A stretch of DNA of 32,000 bases from Copranaerobaculum intestinale (GTDB lineage Bacteria > Bacillota_I > Bacilli_A > Erysipelotrichales > Erysipelotrichaceae). Positions 9,759 to 16,825 of this stretch are shown one piece after another. Within the stretch, counting starts at the first letter, position 1. Each line of letters begins with the position of its first letter. Location: assembly GCF_009831105.1 (NCBI RefSeq), contig NZ_WUUQ01000001.1, forward strand, positions 570,001 to 602,000. The letters run 5' to 3'. The notes below the pieces were generated by a model. That model searched no databases. It was given only the letters and a program-made list of their open reading frames with translations, and was not told where the DNA came from. The position numbers and the translations under genes are program-made.

Positions 9759-10760
9759 ATGAAAGTACAGGGAATTTTTTATACGATTATTTCAGCCGTG
9801 CTGTTCGGGATCACACCGCTGCTGGCAACTCATATCTACGCACTTGGAACCTCACCAAATACTTTGGTATTTATGCGTGCGCTCATGGTCATACCCATTT
9901 TGTTTCTGTTGATGAAGAAAGATCATGAATCGCTGAAGATCAGCCGGCATGATCTGCTTGGAATTATGATCGTCACAATGCTTGGCAATGGTCTGACAAC
10001 GATTCTTTTGAGTGTGTCCTATCAATATATAAATGTGGGAATTGCGACAACCCTGCATTTTTTGTATCCGATTTTCGTAGCGCTGCTGTGCCGCTTTGTC
10101 TTTCGCGAAAAGCTTGGCCGGCAGAAGCTGCTGGCTTTGATGTTTGCGGTATTCGGTATCCTATGCTTTTTTGATATGTCGAAAGGAAACAGTATGCTGG
10201 GGCTCTTTTTAGCTGCCGCATCGGGATTTACCTATGCTTTCTATATGGTCATGATTGAGAAAAAGGGACTCATTCATATGAATCCCTATAAACTGAGTAT
10301 GTACGGCGCGATGTTTATCGTGTTGGAGACACTGTTATATCATTTGGTATCTCCTTCATTGGATTTTCGGCTGCCCGCCCAAGCATATGGATATATGATG
10401 GTGGCTGCGATTATCAGTTCCTTCCTGGCCGTGGTACTCCTACAGCGGGGGATTGCCTTACTGGGTTCGACCTCGGCTTCGATTCTCTGCTTGTTTGAAC
10501 CAATCACCGCAGTGGTATGCGGTTACTTCTTTTTACAGGAAGAGTTGACGGTAATGAAGATTATCGGCTGTATCATTATTATGGCTGCGGTGATCATCCT
10601 AGTATTTGCTAATAAGCGGTCTAAGACAGAAACTCAAAAAAACGCTTTGTCAAGTGAGGCAGTAATCAATGCTGAGAAAATAGCAGGAGATTATTTTGAT
10701 AAAGAAGGCATTGAGGAACCAAGCGCTGCGAAAAGCGATGGTGCTTCATCAGATATATGA
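9759..10760 (+). CDS. DMT superfamily (EamA-like) transporter with a hydrophilic C-terminal tail
   Basis: Ten hydrophobic segments arranged as two EamA repeats. AAAGGGGA RBS. TGaTATAAT extended -10 at 9721-9729. Confidence 0.85.
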   Translation: MKVQGIFYTIISAVLFGITPLLATHIYALGTSPNTLVFMRALMVIPILFLLMKKDHESLKISRHDLLGIMIVTMLGNGLTTILLSVSYQYINVGIATTLHFLYPIFVALLCRFVFREKLGRQKLLALMFAVFGILCFFDMSKGNSMLGLFLAAASGFTYAFYMVMIEKKGLIHMNPYKLSMYGAMFIVLETLLYHLVSPSLDFRLPAQAYGYMMVAAIISSFLAVVLLQRGIALLGSTSASILCLFEPITAVVCGYFFLQEELTVMKIIGCIIIMAAVIILVFANKRSKTETQKNALSSEAVINAEKIAGDYFDKEGIEEPSAAKSDGASSDI

Positions 10761-10784
10761 TTATCATAAATGCGGATAAGGCAT

Positions 10785-10817
10785 GAAAAAAGTAAGGGAT
10801 CTCCTTACTTTTATTTT
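10785..10817. terminator. Bidirectional rho-independent terminator between the convergent DMT and aquaporin genes
   Basis: AGTAAGG (10791-10797) pairs with CCTTACT (10803-10809). An A-run lies on the left and a T-run on the right. Confidence 0.6.
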
Positions 10818-11485
10818 GTCTGTTCATTTTCTGCTGCCGGTACGCGAATGTATTTCCAAACAAGAGCGGCGATTGCCCCACCGATTAATGGCGCGGCAAT
10901 GAATACCCAGACATTGTTTAATGCAGTTCCGCCCATTAATAATGCCGGTCCTAATGATCTGGCGGGATTTACAGAAGTTCCGGTAAAGTAAATACCCATT
11001 AAGTGTACCAATGTCAGCGAACCGCCGATGACGAAACCGGCAACCTTGCTGTATTCCGGTTTACTGGTGACACCTAGAATTGCAAGTACAAAGATAAAGG
11101 TCAGGATGATTTCAATCAGCAGAGATTTTATAATATCGTTCTGGAACAACCCGTTTGTTCCCAATCCCATGCCGGTACCGATCATTGCTGATAAGGCAGC
11201 GGCACCTGCGATGCCGCCGGCAAACTGTGCGGCAAGATAACCGATAAAATCTTTTTTATCCATACCGCCGTTGATGAATACCGCTAACGATACCGCAGGG
11301 TTGATATGACAACCGGAAATGGTGCCAATAGAATACGCCATAGCTATAATGACACCGCCAAAAGCGAGAGCAGTCAGAAGATAGGAAGCATTTGCTTCAC
11401 CGTTACATCCGGTAATGGCCGCAACCCCACATGCGACAAATACCAGTACAAAGGTACCGATAAACTCCGCAATATATTTTTTCAT
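10811..11485 (-). CDS. aqpZ: Aquaporin (MIP family, AqpZ-like water channel)
   Basis: Two NPA boxes (HINPAVSLA and SVNPARSLG). The His in LVHLMG plus the Arg after the second NPA suggest a water-selective filter. AGGAGGA RBS. Confidence 0.9.
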   Translation of the reverse strand: MKKYIAEFIGTFVLVFVACGVAAITGCNGEANASYLLTALAFGGVIIAMAYSIGTISGCHINPAVSLAVFINGGMDKKDFIGYLAAQFAGGIAGAAALSAMIGTGMGLGTNGLFQNDIIKSLLIEIILTFIFVLAILGVTSKPEYSKVAGFVIGGSLTLVHLMGIYFTGTSVNPARSLGPALLMGGTALNNVWVFIAAPLIGGAIAALVWKYIRVPAAENEQTK

Positions 11486-11600
11486 ATGTATATTCCTCCT
11501 CGTTTATAAGAATATAGTAAAACAAAACATAATAATTATCAATCAATTATAATAAAAATAATAATAATTAATTATATATAATCAAATAAAAGAAATAGGG

Positions 11601-11633
11601 AAAAAAAGAAGCTGGTTTAAAACAGCTTCTTTT
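11601..11633 (-). terminator. Rho-independent terminator downstream of tRNA-Ser
   Basis: AAAGAAGCTG (11605-11614) pairs with CAGCTTCTTT (11623-11632). A T7 run follows on the minus strand. Confidence 0.6.
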
Positions 11634-11643
11634 CATTCGTAAA

Positions 11644-11732
11644 TGGCGGAGCGAGTGGGATTCGAACCCACGTGCCCTTGCGGACTACCGCATTTCGAGT
11701 GCGGCTCGTTATGACCACTTCGATATCGCTCC
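11644..11732 (-). tRNA. tRNA-Ser (anticodon CGA), encoded CCA
   Basis: Hand-folded cloverleaf. Acceptor GGAGCGA/TCGCTCC, anticodon stem CCGCA/TGCGG with loop CTCGAAA. Long variable arm, T-arm GTGGG-TTCGAAT-CCCAC. 89 nt. Confidence 0.95.
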
Positions 11733-11778
11733 ATCATGAAAGTACATTAAAAATTATAGCGGAAACACCCCCGCTTGT

Positions 11779-12273
11779 CTATGATAATTTCAACTCCATG
11801 ATGTAATCATCCATAATATAGCCATGTCCGATATCACTTTGAACTGCATCTATGATTTGAAACCCCAAATGCTTATACAATGTGATTCCGGATTCATTCT
11901 GTTTATTGACGGTCAAATAGACGGCTTTCAGTTCATGCCTTTTCGCAAATTCAATGGCTTGTTTAATGAGGGCGGTCCCGATACCTTTCCCTCGATAGGC
12001 TTCCAACAAATAGAGTTTGCTGAGAAACAATCGATCCTGCTGTGGCTGTACCCCACAATAGCCAACCATAACATGTTCAATCCATGCCTGAAAATAAGTA
12101 TAATGTCCCGTCTCAATGGCTTGCTTGATTGCTTCATAGCTTTGAAACTTATCGATCATATAAGCCGCCTGTTCATCGGTAATGATACCTTGATAACAGG
12201 TGCTCCAGATTGTCTTGGCAAGGGCAGCCATCGCAAGTACGCTTTTCTCATTGTCACAAACTTTAATTTCCAT
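11779..12273 (-). CDS. GNAT family N-acetyltransferase
   Basis: 164 aa. Acetyl-CoA binding motif YRGKGIGTALI. AGGAG RBS and TGtTATAAT promoter immediately upstream. Confidence 0.85.
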   Translation of the reverse strand: MEIKVCDNEKSVLAMAALAKTIWSTCYQGIITDEQAAYMIDKFQSYEAIKQAIETGHYTYFQAWIEHVMVGYCGVQPQQDRLFLSKLYLLEAYRGKGIGTALIKQAIEFAKRHELKAVYLTVNKQNESGITLYKHLGFQIIDAVQSDIGHGYIMDDYIMELKLS

Positions 12274-12306
12274 TATTTTCAGCTCCTATTGCTGTATATT
12301 ATAACA

Positions 12307-12330
12307 TAAAAAAAGTCCCGAAGGACTTTC
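12307..12330 (-). terminator. Rho-independent terminator after mreB
   Basis: AAAGTCC (12312-12318) pairs with GGACTTT (12323-12329), loop CGAA. A T-run follows on the minus strand. Confidence 0.6.
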
Positions 12331-13317
12331 TTAAAGAACATTGATATTGTTTAACAGAATGCCGCAGCCCTCTGCTACACAGTACAGCGGATTCTCGGCA
12401 ATATATACTGGAACATGCAGTTCATTGCGAAGCAGTTCATCTAGGCCGTTGAGCAGTGCCCCGCCGCCGGTCAAAACGATTCCGCGAGCATATATGTCAC
12501 TGGAGAGTTCCGGAGGAGTCTGCTCCAGGACACCTTTGCAGGCACGTACGATTGATTGTAAGCTTTCCCGGATGCTGAGTTCGATTTCATCACTTGTCAA
12601 CATAATCGTATGCGGCAAGCCGCTGACGAGATCACGTCCGCTGACTTCCATGCTTTCATGGTATTCTGCAGGCCATGCCGTACCGATTTTCTTTTTGATT
12701 TCTTCAGCCGAACGATCTCCAATCAACAGCTTCTTTTCATCTTTTACATATTTGATGATATTGCGGTCTAAGGTATCACCGGCAATTTTGATTGATGCCG
12801 AGGTAACGATATCCCCTAAGGAAAGTACAGCGACATCTGCAGTGCCGCCCCCGATATCGACGACCATGCTTCCGCTTGGCTTTCCGATATCCAGTCCGGC
12901 ACCGACAGCCGCAACTTTTGGTTCTTCTTCAATATAGACTTTTTTCGCTCCGGAACGATACGCAGCATCCCGGATAGCGCTTCGCTCTACCGATGTAATG
13001 TTCGTTGGGCAGCAGATCAATACGGTCGGACGTTTAAACATGCCCTTGATGTTCAGCTTTTTCAGGAAGTAATCCAGCATGATTTCGGTAATTTCATAAT
13101 CTGCGATAACACCGTCTTTCAGCGGACGGATTGCAGCTATTTTACCCGGGGTACGACCCAGCATGTCTTTGGCTTCCTGACCTGCCGCAAGACATTTCTT
13201 TGTTTCTGTATCAATGGCAACGACTGAAGGCTCATCGATCACAACGCCTTCACCCTTGACATAGATCAGAATATTGGCAGTACCGAGGTCTATTCCAATT
13301 TCTTTTGAAAATGCCAT
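12331..13317 (-). CDS. mreB: Rod-shape determining actin homologue MreB/Mbl
   Basis: IGIDLGTANILIY phosphate-1 motif, VVDIGGGTADVAVLS and VLTGGGALL motifs. I place the start at ATG 13317 (MAFSKEIGIDLG) behind a GAGAGGTG RBS, not the upstream start in the ORF track. Confidence 0.9.
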   Translation of the reverse strand: MAFSKEIGIDLGTANILIYVKGEGVVIDEPSVVAIDTETKKCLAAGQEAKDMLGRTPGKIAAIRPLKDGVIADYEITEIMLDYFLKKLNIKGMFKRPTVLICCPTNITSVERSAIRDAAYRSGAKKVYIEEEPKVAAVGAGLDIGKPSGSMVVDIGGGTADVAVLSLGDIVTSASIKIAGDTLDRNIIKYVKDEKKLLIGDRSAEEIKKKIGTAWPAEYHESMEVSGRDLVSGLPHTIMLTSDEIELSIRESLQSIVRACKGVLEQTPPELSSDIYARGIVLTGGGALLNGLDELLRNELHVPVYIAENPLYCVAEGCGILLNNINVL

Positions 13318-13542
13318 AATATTCACCTCTCTAGTATTCTTGCACTTATCATAAGTAGCTTTCCCCATCTTCTTCGTTTTAACGGAATTTTTAAAATTTT
13401 ATCAGTAAAAAACAACAATGGGGTATGGCTAAAATTATAACACTATCATAGGGGTTTTACTAACGAAATGTGGTTAATTTTCAGAAAATTTAAGATTTAC
13501 ATTTTTCCTGCCGTGAATGTTTTTTGAAATCGGCAGCGTTTA

Positions 13543-13580
13543 TAAAAAAGCGATGTGTTTTCATGGAAACTCACACCGCT
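13543..13580 (-). terminator. Rho-independent terminator after the MBL hydrolase gene
   Basis: AGCGATGTG (13549-13557) pairs with CACACCGCT (13572-13580) with one mismatch. A T6 run follows on the minus strand. Confidence 0.5.
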
Positions 13581-13591
13581 TTCTCTTTATT

Positions 13592-14356
13592 TTACAGGTG
13601 TATCTGAAAGTCTTGAAAGCTGTGAATACCGCTGCCGTGTACCAGCTGTTTTTTCGCAGCCAGTTCCTGAAACGCGCGGTCAATCTCTTGAATCAGACTC
13701 GGTTTGATATTCAGTGAATTGTGACCGGGCAGAATTTTAGTAACCGGCAGGGCAGCGATGCGTGAGGCGGATGCCGCAAAATCCTGCGGTGAAGTTGAAA
13801 AATAGAAGGCGTCTAATTTTCCCTGATAGATCAGATCTCCGGTATATATGTAGCGTTTGCTTGCTTCATACAGGCAGATATGACCGGGCGAATGTCCCGG
13901 CGTATGAATAACTCGAAGCATTCTTCCGCCGAGATTGATACCGTCCCCATCGTGCAGCACTTGGGTGATCGGGCCATGGAATACTTGGTACTGATCGGGA
14001 TCGAACCCTTCTGGAAACTCACATGGCTGTCCGCACAGACCCATCATTACCATTTCTTTGGGGATCGGAAACCAGTCTTCCAAAAACGGCTTCTCGATCT
14101 CGTGTACGGCAATTTCTTTGAATTTTCCATGAGATCCGATGTGATCCCAGTGTACGTGGGTTGTGATAACGAGAATCGGCAGTTTGGTAAGCGAGTGCAC
14201 AATTTTGGAAAGATCGCCAACACCCAGGCCGGTATCGATCAAAGCAGCTTTTTTCTCACCGAGCACCAAATAGGCATGGGGCTGTTCCCAGTGCTGATAT
14301 TCGCTGATGACAAATGTAGCATCATCGATCGATTCTACGGTAAACCATGAATTCAT
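13592..14356 (-). CDS. MBL-fold metallo-hydrolase
   Basis: HVHWDHIG (HxHxDH) zinc motif plus a downstream HTPGHSPGH. 254 aa; GAGGTGA RBS. Confidence 0.85.
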   Translation of the reverse strand: MNSWFTVESIDDATFVISEYQHWEQPHAYLVLGEKKAALIDTGLGVGDLSKIVHSLTKLPILVITTHVHWDHIGSHGKFKEIAVHEIEKPFLEDWFPIPKEMVMMGLCGQPCEFPEGFDPDQYQVFHGPITQVLHDGDGINLGGRMLRVIHTPGHSPGHICLYEASKRYIYTGDLIYQGKLDAFYFSTSPQDFAASASRIAALPVTKILPGHNSLNIKPSLIQEIDRAFQELAAKKQLVHGSGIHSFQDFQIHL

Positions 14357-14440
14357 ATGTAATCACCTCGTAATGGTAGTATAACATGATTGATCAAAAA
14401 TAGCAGGGTCGTGGTATACTAACATAAAAGAGGGTAAGCT

Positions 14441-15613
14441 ATGAAAACGTATACCAAACAACAGGTGAGAAATTACTTGATCCGTTATCAGGGATTATGT
14501 GATGAGTCCGATTTGAAGGATGATCAGGATATTTGTGATTTCGTGAAGAAGGTAGGATGTATCCAGTTTGATCCGTTGGACGCCGCCGGTCGAAATGCTG
14601 ATTTAGTATTACAGGCACGCATGAAGAATTATCGGCGCGATGAGCTGTATCGTTCTCTGTACGATAACCGGCAGCTGTTTGACTGCTGGGATAAAAATAT
14701 GTCGATCTGCAGTGTGATGGATTGGCCGTGTTTTGAACCGTTCCGTGAACGTTACCGTCCCTGGCTGAAAAAACACGAGGCAACGGTTCAGGAGGTAACA
14801 GAATATCTTCGTATACATGAATGGGCTTGTTCCACAGATATGGAGAGCAGTGAAAGGGTAACCTGGCATTACGGTGAACAGAGCTTGGTACGGGCGATTC
14901 TGGAGTGTATGTGTTACAGCGGTGATGCGATCGTTCATCATAAGGTGGGTACCAGACGTTACTATGGTTTGGCAGAAAACTGGATTGATGCGGATATTTA
15001 TCAGAAGCCCTGTCCCTTTCAGTCGGTACAGGATTATCATGAATGGCTGGTACTTCGCCGCATCAACAGTGTGGGGTGTCTGTGGGATCGTCCATCTGAT
15101 GCTTTTTTAGGGATTTATGATTTTAAAAGCGCAGACCGTAAGGAAGCGCTGAAACGGCTTTGTGAGAAAGGTATTCTGATTTCATTTCAAGTAACGGATA
15201 TTCCCGCGGTATTCTATATTGATCGAAGCAGTATGCCCTTGTTAGAGGAGGATGCAGAACTTCACAGCCGCAATATGCGGATTCTGGCTCCGCTTGATAA
15301 TATGCTGTGGGATCGTCGCATGATCGAAGCGCTGTTTGATTTTCGATATCGTTGGGAGGTTTATGTACCGGCAAAACAGCGGCAGTACGGCTATTATGTC
15401 ATGCCGCTGCTGTATCGTGACATGCTGATAGGCAGAATTGAGCTAAAGACCGACCGCGCTACGTCCACATTGATCGTGAAGCGTGTTTGGTGGGAAAAGC
15501 AAAGCTATGCGAATCGTTATGATAAGACATTGAACCGCTGTTTAAAACGGTTTCTAACATACAATCGCTGTACCCAGCTGGTTTTTGAACAGGAGGAATT
15601 ACAAAATGGATGA
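14441..15613 (+). CDS. YcaQ/AlkZ-family winged-helix DNA glycosylase (interstrand-crosslink/alkyl-lesion repair family)
   Basis: The C-terminal block LAPLDNMLWDRRMIEALFDFRYRWEVYVPAKQRQYGYYVMPLLYRDMLIGRIE closely matches the E. coli YcaQ block [42 protein letters not shown], recalled from memory. Confidence 0.85.
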   Translation: MKTYTKQQVRNYLIRYQGLCDESDLKDDQDICDFVKKVGCIQFDPLDAAGRNADLVLQARMKNYRRDELYRSLYDNRQLFDCWDKNMSICSVMDWPCFEPFRERYRPWLKKHEATVQEVTEYLRIHEWACSTDMESSERVTWHYGEQSLVRAILECMCYSGDAIVHHKVGTRRYYGLAENWIDADIYQKPCPFQSVQDYHEWLVLRRINSVGCLWDRPSDAFLGIYDFKSADRKEALKRLCEKGILISFQVTDIPAVFYIDRSSMPLLEEDAELHSRNMRILAPLDNMLWDRRMIEALFDFRYRWEVYVPAKQRQYGYYVMPLLYRDMLIGRIELKTDRATSTLIVKRVWWEKQSYANRYDKTLNRCLKRFLTYNRCTQLVFEQEELQNG

Positions 15614-16082
15614 ATATATAGGCTATTATGAATCTCCGGTAGGATGGCTCCGCATTCGTGCAGACGAACAGGCAATCACCGAGGTCAGCTTCTGCGACGC
15701 TTCAAAAACCGAACATCGCAGTGAAATCATCAACCGCTGTATACAGGAGCTGGATGAATATTTCAGCGGAACCCGCAAGAACTTTCAAGTACCTTTGAAA
15801 TTTGTTTATGGCACTTGCTTTCAGCAGCGCTGCTGGTGTGAACTTTTAACTGTGCCGTATGGAGCTACATGCAGCTATCAGCAGCTTGCGGAAGCTGTCG
15901 GTAATCGAAATGCCGTACGGGCGGTAGGCGGCGCGAATCACCGCAATCCGATCTGCATCCTGATACCTTGTCATCGAGTAATCGGTAAAGACGGCAGTCT
16001 GACCGGATATGGGGGAGGAATTGAAAAGAAATTGTTTCTGCTGGAACTGGAAGCAAAATATGTAAAAGCAGATGATAAATGA
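15606..16082 (+). CDS. ogt: Methylated-DNA--protein-cysteine S-methyltransferase (Ogt/MGMT)
   Basis: Active-site PCHRV motif (IPCHRVIG) and NPICILIPCHRV context. ATG 15606 follows an AGGAGGA RBS and overlaps the YcaQ stop by 8 nt. Confidence 0.9.
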   Translation: MDEYIGYYESPVGWLRIRADEQAITEVSFCDASKTEHRSEIINRCIQELDEYFSGTRKNFQVPLKFVYGTCFQQRCWCELLTVPYGATCSYQQLAEAVGNRNAVRAVGGANHRNPICILIPCHRVIGKDGSLTGYGGGIEKKLFLLELEAKYVKADDK

Positions 16083-16185
16083 GCCGGTTCAGCGGCGCAG
16101 AAATGAAGAACCTGAAAAAATTTTTCGATTTCGACAAGAAAACCTTTATTAATTATGGATTTTATCCTATAATGTTATATGCAAT

Positions 16186-16262
16186 GTGCCTATGGCGCAA
16201 TTGGATAGCGCATTTGATTCCGATTCAAAAGGTTGCAGGTTCGAGTCCTGTTAGGCACGCCA
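16186..16262 (+). tRNA. tRNA-Arg (anticodon CCG), encoded CCA
   Basis: Acceptor GTGCCTA/TAGGCAC, D-arm GCGC/GCGC, anticodon stem TTTGA/TCAAA with loop TTCCGAT. T-arm GCAGG-TTCGAGT-CCTGT. Confidence 0.95.
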
Positions 16263-16274
16263 TTTTACAAGAAG

Positions 16275-16299
16275 CTGTATCATGTGATACAGTTTTTTT
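16275..16299 (+). terminator. Rho-independent terminator after tRNA-Arg(CCG)
   Basis: CTGTATC pairs with GATACAG around a 4-nt loop, followed by a T7 run. Confidence 0.65.
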
Positions 16300-16327
16300 A
16301 TTGATGAAATACTTGTGAAAAAATGAC

Positions 16328-16356
16328 TTAACGAAAAGGGGGTTCAATGATATAAT
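16328..16356 (+). promoter_or_regulatory. Candidate sigma-A promoter for the tRNA-half and tRNA-Arg(CCT) transcript
   Basis: TTAACG (16328-16333), 17-nt spacer including TG at 16348-16349, then TATAAT (16351-16356). Confidence 0.4.
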
Positions 16357-16437
16357 AAACATACTGGTTTACGGTATCATTATATTCAAGATACACCATT
16401 CAAGAATATTCAGATAAATCAGCAGGCATACACCTAT

Positions 16438-16479
16438 GCCCCCTTGGTGAAATGGATATCACGAATCTCTCCTAAGGGC
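16438..16479 (+). pseudogene. Orphan tRNA 5' half (acceptor strand, D-arm, anticodon loop CTCCTAA = CCT); no T-arm or 3' acceptor strand
   Basis: GCCCCCT-TG-GTGA-AATGGATA-TCAC-G-AATCT-CTCCTAA folds like tRNA positions 1-38. Downstream sequence cannot form a T-arm. Confidence 0.35.
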
Positions 16480-16540
16480 TAGGTGGAACAAACGCCTTTT
16501 GATATGATAACTAGATAAAATTGAATAGATTTTTAAGAAT

Positions 16541-16617
16541 GTCCCAGTACCTCAGCAGGATAGAGGGTTCGCCTCCTAAGCGAAACGTCGCAGGTTCGAC
16601 TCCTGTCTGGGACGCCA
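16541..16617 (+). tRNA. tRNA-Arg (anticodon CCT), encoded CCA; it borders the ICE
   Basis: Acceptor GTCCCAG/CTGGGAC, D-arm CCTC/GAGG, anticodon stem TTCGC/GCGAA with loop CTCCTAA. T-arm GCAGG-TTCGACT-CCTGT. Confidence 0.95.
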
Positions 16618-16624
16618 CAAACTC

Positions 16625-16668
16625 CGCTGAAAGCCTTATTTTACAAGGTTTTCAGCGTTTCTTTATTT
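16625..16668 (+). terminator. Rho-independent terminator after tRNA-Arg(CCT)
   Basis: 13-bp stem, 16625-16637 pairing with 16645-16657 (one G-U). Loop ATTTTAC, then TTTCTTTATTT. Confidence 0.6.
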
Positions 16669-16755
16669 ATGGCTTTCTATTTACGCTGAATACGAATTGT
16701 TTTCAATCTGTCATTTTTTATTCGATATTTTTTTAAGACTTTTAAGGAAATAGGC

Positions 16756-16819
16756 TTGCTAACACTTTTTTATTTTTGAAGAAAAATCGCTGGTTTTTTT
16801 GGAATTTGCTAACACTTTT
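16756..16819. repeat. Two direct copies of TTGCTAACACTTTT (16756-16769 and 16806-16819) just past the int stop; candidate integrase arm-type sites
   Basis: Exact 14-bp direct repeat with 50-bp periodicity, between the tRNA and int. The repeat is seen; the function is inferred. Confidence 0.5.
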
Positions 16820-16825
16820 GAAATT

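Noticed and set aside
11509-11600. About 90-bp, almost pure A/T tract with AATAAT/AATTAATT repeats upstream of aqpZ
   Set aside because: This is simple AT-rich promoter or UP-element-like DNA. The repeats are short and irregular, with no evidence of a discrete element.
11824-12309. 161-aa plus-strand ORF covering the GNAT gene
   Set aside because: The minus-strand frame carries the GNAT acetyl-CoA motif, an RBS and a promoter. The plus frame has none.
12341-12937. 198-aa Ser/Pro-rich plus-strand ORF
   Set aside because: It is antisense to mreB, whose actin-fold motifs are unambiguous.
13508-13536. CTGCCG...CGGCAG hairpin upstream of mreB
   Set aside because: It has a 6-bp stem with a 17-nt loop and no U-tract. 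It is probably incidental, or part of the adjacent MBL terminator region.
13880-14350. 156-aa plus-strand ORF within the MBL hydrolase gene
   Set aside because: It is antisense to the frame carrying the HxHxDH motif.
14609-15374. Minus-strand ORFs inside the YcaQ-family gene
   Set aside because: They are antisense to a frame with a long, specific match to the YcaQ C-terminal block.
16079-16736. ORF-track entries 16079-16318 and 16521-16736
   Set aside because: Both run straight through hand-folded tRNA-Arg genes and their terminators, so they are not coding.
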